This document shows positions 18,686-29,102 of a DNA stretch of 64,000 bases, in pieces. A program made the position numbers and the translations under genes. Source of the DNA: Minisyncoccia bacterium. Its GTDB lineage: Bacteria > Patescibacteriota > Minisyncoccia > Phycocordibacterales > PALSA-1337. The stretch's first letter is position 1; every line of letters starts with the position of its first letter. The stretch covers positions 1,766-65,765 of the forward strand of contig JBIIIW010000001.1 in NCBI GenBank assembly GCA_044234345.1. Direction: 5' to 3'. Under the pieces are notes generated by a model. That model was not told the DNA's origin. It was given only the letters and a program-made list of their open reading frames with translations, and ran no database searches.

Positions 18686-19639
18686 TTATTTTACTCCAAT
18701 AGTTGTTTTAATTGCATTCATCTTCTCATCCGCCCTATTCCTTGCATCTATCGCTCCATCCTCAAGTATTCTCTTTACGCTATCAATATCTTTTGCTAAT
18801 TCATTACGTCTATCTCTAAGTGGCTTTATGAATGCATCAATATCCTCAATCAACGCTTCCTTAAGGACCTTGTACTTACCTTTGCTTTCTTCGTATAGAG
18901 ACTTTAGTTCAGCTTCTGATTTAAATAACTTGTGAATATTGTAAACATTAATAGGTGTCTCTCCACTAGAATCTGTAACAATACTCATCACTGCTTTTGT
19001 AATCTCCTCCCTGTCTGCAAACAAAGGAATTGTGTTGCCGTAACTCTTAGACATCTTCTGTCCATCTGTTCCTGGTACGATAGCTACATCCTTCATTATA
19101 TGAGCCTCAGGTAACTTGAATGTCTCTCCAAACGTATTGTTAAACTTTTGTGCAGTATCTCTTGTATATTCAATATGCTGCTTCTGATCCTGTCCTACAG
19201 GTACTATATCTGTATCGTAAAGTAGTATGTCTGATGCCATTAGCATTGGATAGTTGAAGGTACCAACACTAATCTCTCTGTCTTTTGCTTCTGCATCCTT
19301 GAAAGCATGTGCTCTCATTAAGTATGGCATTGTTGTGATTGTATCGAATATCCATGCTAGTTCTGTATGGGCTGGTACATCACTTTGTTTAAATATCTTT
19401 GATTGTTTTGGATCAATACCAATTGCTAGATAGTCTAGAGCAAGATCTAGAGTATTCTGTCTCATTAGATCTGCACTCTGTATGAAGTTAAGTGCGTGAT
19501 AGTCTGCAATCATGAAGTACTTCAACGCATCAGGATTTGTATTCTGTAGATCTACCATTTGCTTCATTGCACCGAAATAGTTACCGATATGAGGTCGGCC
19601 TGTAGGTTTAACTCCTGAAAGTAATATCTTTTTTGACAT
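18686..19639 (-). CDS. trpS: Tryptophan--tRNA ligase
   Basis: PTGRPHIGNY, VPVGQDQKQH, KMSKSYGN. Confidence 0.96.
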   Translation of the reverse strand: MSKKILLSGVKPTGRPHIGNYFGAMKQMVDLQNTNPDALKYFMIADYHALNFIQSADLMRQNTLDLALDYLAIGIDPKQSKIFKQSDVPAHTELAWIFDTITTMPYLMRAHAFKDAEAKDREISVGTFNYPMLMASDILLYDTDIVPVGQDQKQHIEYTRDTAQKFNNTFGETFKLPEAHIMKDVAIVPGTDGQKMSKSYGNTIPLFADREEITKAVMSIVTDSSGETPINVYNIHKLFKSEAELKSLYEESKGKYKVLKEALIEDIDAFIKPLRDRRNELAKDIDSVKRILEDGAIDARNRADEKMNAIKTTIGVK

Positions 19640-19671
19640 GGGTAAATAATAGCAGATTTATAGTCTATGAG

Positions 19672-20523
19672 CTATATCCCCTCTTTCTTCAATTCCTCAA
19701 CTAGTTTCTGTGCACTCTTAGATAGCTTTCTTGGCATATCAACTTTTGTAACAATAAGTAGGTCTCCCCTTCTTCCTCTCTCATCTGGAACTCCTTTCTG
19801 TCTAACTCTAAGTATTTCATTATGTGTAGTTCCTGATGGAATCTTTAACTCTATCTTCCCGTCTAATGTCTCAATATCAAGTGTTGCTCCAAGTAGTGCT
19901 GTTGTAAGCTTAAGATTAAGTTCCATGATCAGATCAAAACCTTGTTTTCTAAATGTCTTGTTCTCCTCAACCCACACACGAACAATTAGGTCTCCCTTTC
20001 CACCAGGACCATCCTCTCCTTTTCCAGTAATTCTTAATCCTTGCCCGTTCTCAATTCCAGAAGGAATAGTTACAACTATTCTCTCTCCATTTACATTAAT
20101 TTCTTTTTCAGTTCCGAATATAGATTCTTTGAAACCAAGTTGGATATCTACAGTAATCTTTGCACCTCTTCTAGGTCGTCTTCCACCTCCGAAGAAATCT
20201 CCGAACATCTCTCCAAGATCAAACTCAAATGATTGACCATTCTGTCCTTGATACTGTTGTGCAAATCCTGAGAAGTCGAATCCTCCGAAACCTTGTCCAG
20301 GATTAAATCCTGCACCTTGATCAGCCGATCCATACGTATCATACCTTTGTCTCTTCTGATCATCAGACAATACAGTATATGCTTCGTTTATCTCCTTAAA
20401 CTTAGCATCATTACCCTGATTCTTATCAGGATGATGTTCGTGAGCAAGCTTACGAAATGCTTTCTTTATCTCGTCTTTTGATGCTCCTTTTTGTATTCCC
20501 AGTGTTTTGTAATAGTCTTTCAT
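19672..20523 (-). CDS. dnaJ: DnaJ-family chaperone lacking the zinc finger
   Basis: J domain with HPD, G/F region, C-terminal domain; no CxxCxGxG repeats. Confidence 0.88.
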   Translation of the reverse strand: MKDYYKTLGIQKGASKDEIKKAFRKLAHEHHPDKNQGNDAKFKEINEAYTVLSDDQKRQRYDTYGSADQGAGFNPGQGFGGFDFSGFAQQYQGQNGQSFEFDLGEMFGDFFGGGRRPRRGAKITVDIQLGFKESIFGTEKEINVNGERIVVTIPSGIENGQGLRITGKGEDGPGGKGDLIVRVWVEENKTFRKQGFDLIMELNLKLTTALLGATLDIETLDGKIELKIPSGTTHNEILRVRQKGVPDERGRRGDLLIVTKVDMPRKLSKSAQKLVEELKKEGI

Positions 20524-20656
20524 GTGGGTATAAATATAGCAGAAATTGTTACTGGATTAGTATTGACTTTAGTGATCATTTATGATAAAAAGATAAAAGT
20601 GAATTCAGGATGGATGTCCAGAGTTCTTCGTAAGAAACGACGAATTCTATACCTGT

Positions 20657-20866
20657 ATGACTTGTCCGGTTTGCAATAGTCAATTTTGCGATCACACTCA
20701 TGGTCAGAAAAATGGCGCACGACAGAGAATCAATAAAGGATTAAATCCTGTTGATGTCAGGCATGAAGAATGGTTGTCTGATCCAAGCGGTAATCCATTT
20801 TATAATCCATTGCCTGTTAAGGTAAAGCAACCTGAAGAAGATGGTTATTGGCCAGGGCCAGGATGA
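20657..20866 (+). CDS. Small hypothetical protein with CxxC...CxH motif
   Basis: MTCPVCNSQFCDH; upstream TTGACT promoter, downstream terminator. Confidence 0.6.
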   Translation: MTCPVCNSQFCDHTHGQKNGARQRINKGLNPVDVRHEEWLSDPSGNPFYNPLPVKVKQPEEDGYWPGPG

Positions 20867-20919
20867 TTCAATTTTTAACACCGAAAACCGGCTTCCTTTT
20901 GAGGACAGTCGGTTTTGTT

Positions 20920-21933
20920 CTACATCAACAAATTTGAAACCAAAGCAACCATAAGTTCTTTGTCCCTAGGATTACTCTCAGCAATGAGTAATGCAAGAGC
21001 TACTAGAGTATTGTCATTTATCTTCTTCTCTCCGTTGTCTCTAATATCCATCCTATTTAGTCTCAGGAAGTAAATGAATACAAATGACCCTATACGCTTG
21101 TTACCATCTGAGAAAGGATGATCTTTAATGATGAAATACAATAAGTGGGAAGCTTTTTCGTTAAGACTTGAGTATAGCTCCTTACCGTCGAAGGTTTGGT
21201 ATATGGTCTTAAGAATACCTTGGAAACTTCCATCCCTTTCGGAACCGAATATATCTGTAGCTTCCTTCTTATCAACCAATACTTCTTTAAGCATATCTAT
21301 CGATCCACGAATGAATTCATAATCAAAACGTCTTTTCTCAATATCCTTACCCTTCCTTAGCTGCAGCTCACCTTCATCATATTCCTTTAGGAACTTCCAA
21401 GAATTCGCATAGTCATGGATAACGGAAAGAAGACTATTAGACTCACCCCTGTCCAATTCTCTGTTTCTAATTGTTCTTTGAATAAAGGAGATCTTTTCAT
21501 CTAAGTCACTAAGTATCTTGTCTGGTAGTTTAGATATTCTTTCGTTGTTAACTACAATACCTTTGATTAGATACTCACGGAGAGTGACGGTGGCCCAGAT
21601 ACGGAACTGAGTTGCTTTCTTGGAGTTAACTCTATATCCAACAGATAGTATTACATCTAAGCTATAGAACCTTACCTTGTAATTCTTACCATCAGCGGCA
21701 GTATGTTCCAAAATGGAACTAACTGAACTTTCGTTAAGCTCACCAGAATCGAAGATATTCTTAAGATGTTTTGTAATTGCTGGTCTTTGCGTTCCAAATA
21801 ACTCTGATATTTGTTCCTGCGTAGCCCAAATCGTCTCCTTGTCCGTATCCGCTCTTAGCTCAACTACCCCATTCTCACCTGTGTATAATACTAACTTACC
21901 GTCCTCATTTATAACGATGTTTTTGTTTACCAT
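20920..21933 (-). CDS. RhuM/Fic/Doc family protein
   Basis: RhuM-like N-half (ETIWATQEQISELF, SVGYRVNS..ATQFRIWAT); Fic motif HPFSDGNKR. Confidence 0.9.
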   Translation of the reverse strand: MVNKNIVINEDGKLVLYTGENGVVELRADTDKETIWATQEQISELFGTQRPAITKHLKNIFDSGELNESSVSSILEHTAADGKNYKVRFYSLDVILSVGYRVNSKKATQFRIWATVTLREYLIKGIVVNNERISKLPDKILSDLDEKISFIQRTIRNRELDRGESNSLLSVIHDYANSWKFLKEYDEGELQLRKGKDIEKRRFDYEFIRGSIDMLKEVLVDKKEATDIFGSERDGSFQGILKTIYQTFDGKELYSSLNEKASHLLYFIIKDHPFSDGNKRIGSFVFIYFLRLNRMDIRDNGEKKINDNTLVALALLIAESNPRDKELMVALVSNLLM

Positions 21934-22105
21934 ATTTAATTTTGCTAACTATTATTAAAACTTGCAGTTAAATCCCGGGAATGATTACTGAATTGATTGA
22001 GTTAAATCTAGTACAACCTAGATTGACCTCACAATTATATCAATATTAAAAGTAAAAGACCACAATATTTGTGGTCTTTTACTAATTCTATATTCCCTAC
22101 TCTAC

Positions 22106-23989
22106 CTATTTCTTCTCCTTAAACTCCGCATCCTTCACATCCCCCTCTGGTGCCTTCTGTTCACCTGTAGGTGGAGTTTGTTCTGCCTGAGCTTTAGATA
22201 GTATCTCACCAATCTTTGATAGTTCTGCTGATAGGATATCAGTTACTTTCTTTAGATTAGCTTGATCAGTACCATCCTTAGCAGTCTTTACATCAGCAAT
22301 CTTGTCTTCGATTGACTTACGAAGATCTGCTGGAACTTTGTCTCCCGCATCCTTTAGAGATTTCTCTGAAGTATGTATTAGTTGTTCCGCCATGTTCTTC
22401 GCTTCAACCATTTCCTTCTTCTTTGCATCCTCTGCTGCATTCATCTCTGCATCCTTCTTCATCTTCTCAACCTCTTCTTTTGAAAGTCCTGAACTTGCAG
22501 TGATCTTAATACTATTAGCCTTTCCAGTAGCTTTGTCCTTAGCTGTAACTGATAGGATTCCGTTAGCATCTAGATCGAATGTAACTTCAATTTGTGGCAT
22601 ACCTCTCTGAGCTGGAGCTATACCATCTAGGATGAATCTACCCAATGACTTGTTATCACTCGCCATTGATCTCTCTCCTTGAGTAACGTGAATTTCTACA
22701 GATGTTTGGTTATCAGCTGCTGTAGAGAAGATTTGAGACTTCTGGGTAGGTATAGTGGTGTTCTTGTCGATTAATCTTGTAGCTACTCCTCCCATTGTTT
22801 CGATTGAGAGTGATAGCGGAGTAACATCTAGAAGTAGTACTCCCTTAACGTCTCCAGCAAGGATACCTCCTTGTATAGCAGCTCCTACCGCAACCACTTC
22901 GTCTGGATTTACACCAAGATGTAATTCCTTACCGAAGAAATCCTTAACAGCCTTTTGCATAGCTGGCATTCTTGTCTGACCTCCAACAAGTATTACCTCG
23001 TTGATATCGCCAACTTTGAATGGAGATGCAGCCATTGCTCTCTTTGTGATCTCCATTGCACGAGTGATGAACTCTGAAGTAAGTTCCTCAAGCTTTGCAC
23101 GAGTCATAGTTACGAGTAAGTGTTTTGGTCCATCAGCTCCTGAAGTTAGGAATGGAATATTTACTTCTGTCTGCATAGCAGTTGAAAGTTCAATCTTTGC
23201 CTTCTCTGCAGCTTCATCTAGTCTCTGTAGAGCAAGTGCATCCTTTCTAACATCAATTCCCTCTTGCTTCTTGAATTCTTCTGCAAGCCAGTTAATGATC
23301 TTTTGATCAATATCCTTACCTCCAAGATGAGCGTCTCCGTCTGTAGACTTAACTTCAACAACATCATCTCCAACTTCTAGAACTGAGATATCGAATGTAC
23401 CTCCTCCGAAGTCAAACACTACAATCTTCTCATCCTTCTTCTTGTCGAAGCCATAAGCTAGAGCTGCAGCTGTAGGTTCGTTGATAATTCTCTTAACATC
23501 AAGACCAGCAATCTTTCCAGCATCCTTTGTAGCTTGCCTTTGTGCGTCATTGAAGTATGCAGGAACTGTAATTACTGCTTCTGTAACAGGTTCTCCAAGA
23601 CGAGCTTCAGCATCAGCCTTCATCTTACCTAGTATCATTGCTGATATCTCTTCTGGTCTGTACCACTTATCACCCATCTTCACTTCAATTCCTCCAGTTG
23701 CACTCTTTTGCATTTCGAATGGAACAGATGTTCTATCTTTCTGTACTGCAGGATCATCGAAGTTATGACCGATGAATCTCTTGATTTGGTATATTGTATT
23801 CTTAGGATTTGTAACTCCCTGACGCTTAGCAAGAAGTCCCACCATACGATCGCCAGTCTTAGACATTGCGATTATAGATGGAGTTGTACGTGCTCCTTCA
23901 GCGTTCTCTAATATTTTTGGTGTACCAGCTTCCATTACTGCAACTGCAGAGTTGGTGGTACCTAGATCGATTCCGATTATTTTAGACAT
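22106..23989 (-). CDS. dnaK: Chaperone DnaK
   Basis: [23 protein letters not shown]. Confidence 0.98.
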   Translation of the reverse strand: MSKIIGIDLGTTNSAVAVMEAGTPKILENAEGARTTPSIIAMSKTGDRMVGLLAKRQGVTNPKNTIYQIKRFIGHNFDDPAVQKDRTSVPFEMQKSATGGIEVKMGDKWYRPEEISAMILGKMKADAEARLGEPVTEAVITVPAYFNDAQRQATKDAGKIAGLDVKRIINEPTAAALAYGFDKKKDEKIVVFDFGGGTFDISVLEVGDDVVEVKSTDGDAHLGGKDIDQKIINWLAEEFKKQEGIDVRKDALALQRLDEAAEKAKIELSTAMQTEVNIPFLTSGADGPKHLLVTMTRAKLEELTSEFITRAMEITKRAMAASPFKVGDINEVILVGGQTRMPAMQKAVKDFFGKELHLGVNPDEVVAVGAAIQGGILAGDVKGVLLLDVTPLSLSIETMGGVATRLIDKNTTIPTQKSQIFSTAADNQTSVEIHVTQGERSMASDNKSLGRFILDGIAPAQRGMPQIEVTFDLDANGILSVTAKDKATGKANSIKITASSGLSKEEVEKMKKDAEMNAAEDAKKKEMVEAKNMAEQLIHTSEKSLKDAGDKVPADLRKSIEDKIADVKTAKDGTDQANLKKVTDILSAELSKIGEILSKAQAEQTPPTGEQKAPEGDVKDAEFKEKK

Positions 23990-24034
23990 AGATTTGTTTG
24001 ATTATTATTTTATATTTTGATAATGTCGCCCTAT

Positions 24035-24244
24035 ATGAGTTCATCTTTTTCCAAACTTGATATTGGCAGGTCTGTCATTTTTAATTCTATACATGGAGAA
24101 TGTGGTATAAACGGTCTTAGGGCTGTGATTAAGGACGTTACGTATGGTTATGAGAACCACGTGACTTTTCCTCAAGGTATCTCGGTATGTATTGAATTTG
24201 AAGACAGACGCATTACTTGGTGTAGGGTTGATGAAATCACTTAA
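24035..24244 (+). CDS. Small hypothetical protein
   Basis: About 69-aa beta-rich ORF followed by terminator 24257-24283. Confidence 0.5.
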   Translation: MSSSFSKLDIGRSVIFNSIHGECGINGLRAVIKDVTYGYENHVTFPQGISVCIEFEDRRITWCRVDEIT

Positions 24245-24281
24245 ACACCACTGCAGATCCGCATTAATTTGCGGATTCTTT

Positions 24282-24578
24282 TTATTTAGCCGGAGCCCTC
24301 GTAGGTTGACTCATAAAGAAGTCTAGAGAGATATATGGAGATATCCTAGATATATATGAAGGAGTTGTATCTAGAGCAAGATCTTCGGCATCAACTGATA
24401 TTGGTAGACATACTACATTCTCAGACTTAGTAACTATAGGTTCAGCAGACACGATCTGAGCTGTAAGCTTTCCATTAACATCAACTACAGTAAAACGAAC
24501 ACGTACAAGTACACCATTCTTGTCGTAGATGATTCTCTCAAAGATGCTATTGAGTTGTTTTGAAGCAATAGCTAACAT
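24282..24578 (-). CDS. Hypothetical protein
   Basis: 98-aa ORF, TATAAT-N6-ATG, core-like codon usage. Confidence 0.7.
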   Translation of the reverse strand: MLAIASKQLNSIFERIIYDKNGVLVRVRFTVVDVNGKLTAQIVSAEPIVTKSENVVCLPISVDAEDLALDTTPSYISRISPYISLDFFMSQPTRAPAK

Positions 24579-24637
24579 ACAAGTATTATATTATATTTTG
24601 CAAATTTGTCCAACCAAATCCATGCTATGATTACCTT

Positions 24638-24925
24638 ATGCAAACACTTATACACGCAGACATATTCTTCTTCGTAACAACAGTAATAGTTATAGCTTTA
24701 GGACTAATTTCAATAGTCATATTGACCTACATAGCATTCATAATTGCAGATATACGTGAGATATCACGCATAGCTCGTAGAGAGAGTGGAGAGATAGCTG
24801 AAGATATTGCAGAGATTAGAGGTGAGATAAAGAAAGAGATACGTAATAACTCATCAGTTATTACGTCTATATTTAAGGTAATCAAAAACCTATTTAATAG
24901 AAGAGGAAGAGTTAATAAAAAATAA
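24638..24925 (+). CDS. Small membrane protein
   Basis: One TM plus coiled coil; TGCTATGAT-N6-ATG. Confidence 0.75.
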   Translation: MQTLIHADIFFFVTTVIVIALGLISIVILTYIAFIIADIREISRIARRESGEIAEDIAEIRGEIKKEIRNNSSVITSIFKVIKNLFNRRGRVNKK

Positions 24926-25255
24926 ATGAAAAAGAAAAATAATAACAATATAGCTATAGGTATTGGATTAGCTACCCTTGCAGCAACTACAGCTGGAGCA
25001 TACTTCTTGTATGGTACTAAGAAAGGCAAGGTCCAAAGAAAAGCAATTAAGAGTTGGACCCTAAAGATGAAGGGAGACGTAATGGATGAAGTAGAGAAGC
25101 TTAAGGACGTATCTGAGGAGTCATACCATAAAGCTATTGATAAGGTATCAAAGAAGTATAACAAGATGAAGAATATGGATATGGTAGAACTTGCAGAGAC
25201 AGCAGACTCACTTAAGAGTCACTGGAAGGATATAAAGAAGGAGATTGGGATTTAG
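24926..25255 (+). CDS. YtxH-like protein
   Basis: Gly/Ala-rich TM (AAGAYFLYG-like) then Lys/Glu-rich helix. Confidence 0.65.
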   Translation: MKKKNNNNIAIGIGLATLAATTAGAYFLYGTKKGKVQRKAIKSWTLKMKGDVMDEVEKLKDVSEESYHKAIDKVSKKYNKMKNMDMVELAETADSLKSHWKDIKKEIGI

Positions 25256-25320
25256 ATCTGTATAAAAGTTTGTCCGAGAGATCTTGCGATCCCCCGGACG
25301 ATTTGTAATTCATTATTTGT

Positions 25321-25947
25321 TCATTTTACGATGAGAGTTTCCAGATGTTCCATTACCTTCACCAAGCTATCATTCAAGATTACTGGTGATGTTTTTACAT
25401 TGATACAATCGAGGTTCTCGATGCCGACTGGTATGTATCCTTTTCCGTGGTTACCCCAGTCATTGTGTGACATGTAATCTGCCAGATCCCACATCATGGG
25501 TTTAGTCCTTTCTGGATTATTTAGATCCATTTCATACTCAGCTCTGGCTATGCGTTCAATTTTTGCATACACGGACTCCCATGTAACTCGGATGGCTTTC
25601 ACTCTGTTCCTCTTGCGGAATCCTCCAAAGAACAACTTACCGTTGTTCGATACAAAACCTTCTTTCTGCCTTTCTCCTATCACGTATTCGAGAAAGTAGT
25701 CAGGATGGCAATTTGCTTCATAGAATATCTCAGCTGGTCGGTCAAGCGTCTCTACTGTTATGATTACTCCGTAGCTGTAGGCATCAAATACCCTAATCGC
25801 AATGTCGGTTGTTGGGTCAAATGCGCTATCAGACGGTCTATGACCTCTGGTCATGTATCCGTTAATAGGTTTTCCAACTTCCGGCTCGTATACCGGAACT
25901 ATTTCCGGCGCGTTGCCAATAGGTTTACAACTTCTAGCTCTTTTCAC
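25321..25947 (-). CDS. Hypothetical protein (accessory)
   Basis: 208-aa ORF, GTG start with AAGGGTGA SD, TTGACT promoter, terminator 25272-25300. Confidence 0.75.
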   Translation of the reverse strand: MKRARSCKPIGNAPEIVPVYEPEVGKPINGYMTRGHRPSDSAFDPTTDIAIRVFDAYSYGVIITVETLDRPAEIFYEANCHPDYFLEYVIGERQKEGFVSNNGKLFFGGFRKRNRVKAIRVTWESVYAKIERIARAEYEMDLNNPERTKPMMWDLADYMSHNDWGNHGKGYIPVGIENLDCINVKTSPVILNDSLVKVMEHLETLIVK

Positions 25948-26031
25948 GTATCACCCTTGGTTGGTTATTTTTGAATAGGACAATTAAGTGTCCAAATATA
26001 AAATAACATATTTTACATGTCAAGTCAATAG

Positions 26032-26574
26032 CTATTTCCCCTCCCCAATCTTAACCTTAGGAGCCTTCAAAACCTTGCCATTAAGCTCATATCCCTTCTG
26101 TACAACTGTAGTTACTATATCACTCTGTTTACCATCCTCTATAGCTTCATCACGCATAGGGTCAAATGTCTTACCTATAGGGTCGATTTCCTTAAGACCA
26201 AAGTCTTCTAGAGTCTTCTTAAGCTGATTAGCAATATATTCAACTCCCACTCTCCAGTTCTTGTCTGCCTTCTCCCATGCTTCCTTGTTACCCATAGCCA
26301 TATTAAAACTATCTAATACAGGTATTAGTTCAGTAATTAGATTCTCGTTAGAGAAACGAGCAAAATCTTTTTGTGATTCTTGATCACGCTTACGAGCATT
26401 TATAAACTCAGCTTTGTCTTTCTGCCAACCATTTAGATACTCCTGCTTCTCTTCAATAGCTTTCTTAAGCTTCTCCTTAAGTACCTTAACAGTATCTAAA
26501 GCATTCTCTTCGATGACTACAGAGTCATCAATATTCTCATCCCTTTCAATTGTGATATCATTTTCATCTTTCAT
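26032..26574 (-). CDS. grpE: Nucleotide exchange factor GrpE
   Basis: AEFINARKR, LIPVLDSF, FDP..DEA, VVQKGY. Confidence 0.93.
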   Translation of the reverse strand: MKDENDITIERDENIDDSVVIEENALDTVKVLKEKLKKAIEEKQEYLNGWQKDKAEFINARKRDQESQKDFARFSNENLITELIPVLDSFNMAMGNKEAWEKADKNWRVGVEYIANQLKKTLEDFGLKEIDPIGKTFDPMRDEAIEDGKQSDIVTTVVQKGYELNGKVLKAPKVKIGEGK

Positions 26575-26637
26575 ATATTTCTAGTATATATTATAGAGTT
26601 GATTTTGCAATACAAAAGGGCGCAAACGCGCCCTGTG

Positions 26638-27090
26638 TTAATGCTCTAGAAACTCCTCGAGTTCCTTAGACATTTGCTTGACCAAGAGTTCAAGACGAGT
26701 CTTATCTTGCTCAAGATATTGCTTGTATGCCGCACCACCATCGGTATCATCGAGTTTAGGATCAGATAGTTCTTTCTGAACTCTTTCAAGGTTAGCATTG
26801 TGGTTATCCAATACTCGCGTGAATGACTCGAAAGCACTATTCCGTGCTTCATCCAAGCTGAACCTTAAGGCTGACTTTGGTATGTCGTAGAGTCTCATTT
26901 CCTCCAATATCCATAAATACTCCTGAAGCGACTCACCCTCCTCAATTTGCCCCGCATTCATACGGACCAAAAGATCATTGATTTCCTCAATAGCGTGTTT
27001 CCTTCTAACCCACGTTAGTATCCAATACACTACAGGGACGATGATGGCAATTGCACTCAGGACAATTATGAGCGATAGGATTCTGTTCAT
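26638..27090 (-). CDS. Membrane-anchored coiled-coil protein, paralog 1
   Basis: N-terminal TM, AIEEIN; AAGGAG SD. Confidence 0.75.
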   Translation of the reverse strand: MNRILSLIIVLSAIAIIVPVVYWILTWVRRKHAIEEINDLLVRMNAGQIEEGESLQEYLWILEEMRLYDIPKSALRFSLDEARNSAFESFTRVLDNHNANLERVQKELSDPKLDDTDGGAAYKQYLEQDKTRLELLVKQMSKELEEFLEH

Positions 27091-27221
27091 GTGTTCTATA
27101 CTCCTTCTGTTGTATTTCTACCACGTGAATGGAGCCTAGTCTAGGTACACGTATACCCACTGTTCATGCCAGCACAAAGAAATATTTTAATCAATACAAA
27201 AGGGTGCAAACGCACCCTCGT

Positions 27222-27683
27222 TCACTCGACACTAAATTGTTGCAATTCATACTCCATTCTTTCTTGTAGTGTGTGGAGTCTCCGTAGCTCGTACCAAAGT
27301 TTTACTTTCCTAGACGATTCATTCTCTCCGTCATTTAATTCTAGACCATTCATCTCTTCTAAGAGTGTCTCTTGCTGGGCTTTGATAGCGTCTATGGCTT
27401 TTTGAAACGAGTTCTTTGCCCACATTTCCACCGTAGGAAGGTTATGCGAGATCTCGGATTGTTCGATTCCATGCAGGCTCATCAGGACAAGTATTTGAGA
27501 AAATATCCTTAGAGAATCTGGATCCCCCTTGTCACAATTCTTGTTAATTAAAGCTATCTCACGGTTGATGTGTTCAATCGCAGCCTTCTTCTCAACCATC
27601 TCCATGAATTTGTAGAACTTAAACAGGATGATGGTGAGTATTGCAATGCAAATCAGTGCGATAGTAAAGCTAACTGGATTCAT
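27222..27683 (-). CDS. Membrane-anchored coiled-coil protein, paralog 2
   Basis: N-terminal TM, AIEHIN; AGGAG SD; terminator homologous to that of paralog 1. Confidence 0.75.
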   Translation of the reverse strand: MNPVSFTIALICIAILTIILFKFYKFMEMVEKKAAIEHINREIALINKNCDKGDPDSLRIFSQILVLMSLHGIEQSEISHNLPTVEMWAKNSFQKAIDAIKAQQETLLEEMNGLELNDGENESSRKVKLWYELRRLHTLQERMEYELQQFSVE

Positions 27684-27804
27684 GATGTGCTCCTAAGTTC
27701 ACCGTAATTGGTGGTTCTAAACATATTTTTACCACACGACACAGACAAAGTAAAAGGGACCAAGATTCAATCTTGGCCCCTGAAAATTCACCCAGTTTCT
27801 CCTA

Positions 27805-28461
27805 TCAGAACCAGGAGAAATATACTTTGACTGGTTTGAATTGCAACCCTAACCGATCTCCGAAACACAGGATTGTAGTCAAATGCATACCCCTTGCAAT
27901 CGTGTGCTCGTGACTATCAGCACGCCCAGTATTCTCCAGTAGCTTGATCCACCGTATCAGTTTTCTTAAGGAATCATACTCAAAATGTTCCAATAGTTTG
28001 TTTTCATTTAAGCTACTGTGGTATCCCATTATTACCCCAGCATGACCTTCTGGTTCCATTCTCATTACGGATATCGAGGAGTCATGCCTCGTATTCACCA
28101 CCTCACAGTATTCACGAAAGTGGCGACAGAAATAATTCCAGTAATACGCATCCTGACTCACAGGTCTATTGAAAGCCAGTAGAAGTGATGTGATGATGGT
28201 CAATGCCCCTGTTCCGAGGTAAGGCCACCTTAACACATCTTCATTGTCCCTGAAAACTACCAACACGCTGAGTGCACCAATAAAGGTGATCAATGATAAA
28301 ACGAAACATGCGAATAGCATTTTGTAATGCTCCTTCCTGGTCAGGAATTCATCAGTCTTCCTAAGGATTGACTCAATGTCCTTACCCTCCTTGCCTTCGA
28401 TTTCTAACGTTCGCTTCAGCCACAACGCGAACAGGTCGCGCACCGCTTTGTTGTTCTTCAT
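27805..28461 (-). CDS. Two-TM hypothetical protein (accessory)
   Basis: 218-aa ORF with two hydrophobic segments; long structured leader. Confidence 0.75.
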   Translation of the reverse strand: MKNNKAVRDLFALWLKRTLEIEGKEGKDIESILRKTDEFLTRKEHYKMLFACFVLSLITFIGALSVLVVFRDNEDVLRWPYLGTGALTIITSLLLAFNRPVSQDAYYWNYFCRHFREYCEVVNTRHDSSISVMRMEPEGHAGVIMGYHSSLNENKLLEHFEYDSLRKLIRWIKLLENTGRADSHEHTIARGMHLTTILCFGDRLGLQFKPVKVYFSWF

Positions 28462-28477
28462 ATGTCAACGAACCAAC

Positions 28478-28569
28478 TTAGTCAAAATCAGAGGATGGGG
28501 TTTCATACCCACTTTCTAGAACTTTCGATCCTAGAGAGTACTTCATTTACTCCGTGAATAGCTGACTAA
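28478..28569 (-). ncRNA. Conserved cloverleaf leader RNA, copy 1
   Basis: Shares CUAUUC, AUGAAGUA, UCUA...UAGAA, UGGGU...CCCCAU with 56005-56094; lies between TTGACA-17-TATAGT promoter and ATG. Confidence 0.65.
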
Positions 28570-28683
28570 TCTATCCTACATAACTATATACCATATTTAT
28601 TGATTTGTCAATACTAATAAACATAGCTTATGTTGGGTGTTTTAGTTACAAAAAAGACCGATCGGTATCGGTCTTTTTTGCTG

Positions 28684-29097
28684 CTATCTCTTACTCCACT
28701 GTGGACTCTTTCTCGCTTTCTTGAATCCGAACTTACGTCTTTCCTTTGCTCTAGGATCACGCTTAAGCATTCCTGCCTTCTTCAATCCTGTTCTTAGTTC
28801 CTTGTCATATTCGATAAGGGCACGAGCGATACCATGTCTTACAGCATCAGCTTGTCCCGCAATACCTCCTCCCTTTGCAACTACAGTGATCTTAAACTTA
28901 GTTTCTGTAAGTTTAGACTCCTTTAGAGACTCCTGAGCCATAAGTTGAAGTTCCTTTGTTGGGAAGTACTCTTCTACTGTCTTACCATTAATATCATATG
29001 AAGTCTTTGAACTTGGAGTAATTCTTACACGAGCAGAAGCAGTCTTTCTACGACCGATAGCTTCAATGTATTTATCTGTTGTTTTAATTGCTGTCAT
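28684..29097 (-). CDS. rpsI: 30S ribosomal protein S9
   Basis: GRRKTASARV, GGGIAGQ, KARKSPQWSKR. Confidence 0.97.
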   Translation of the reverse strand: MTAIKTTDKYIEAIGRRKTASARVRITPSSKTSYDINGKTVEEYFPTKELQLMAQESLKESKLTETKFKITVVAKGGGIAGQADAVRHGIARALIEYDKELRTGLKKAGMLKRDPRAKERRKFGFKKARKSPQWSKR

Positions 29098-29102
29098 ATA
29101 TA

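Noticed and set aside
3405-27200. Recurrent TATACAAA / TTTGTAT near cassette edges as a recombination core
   Set aside because: Short, AT-rich and mostly an extension of terminator U-tracts; cannot be told from chance without statistics
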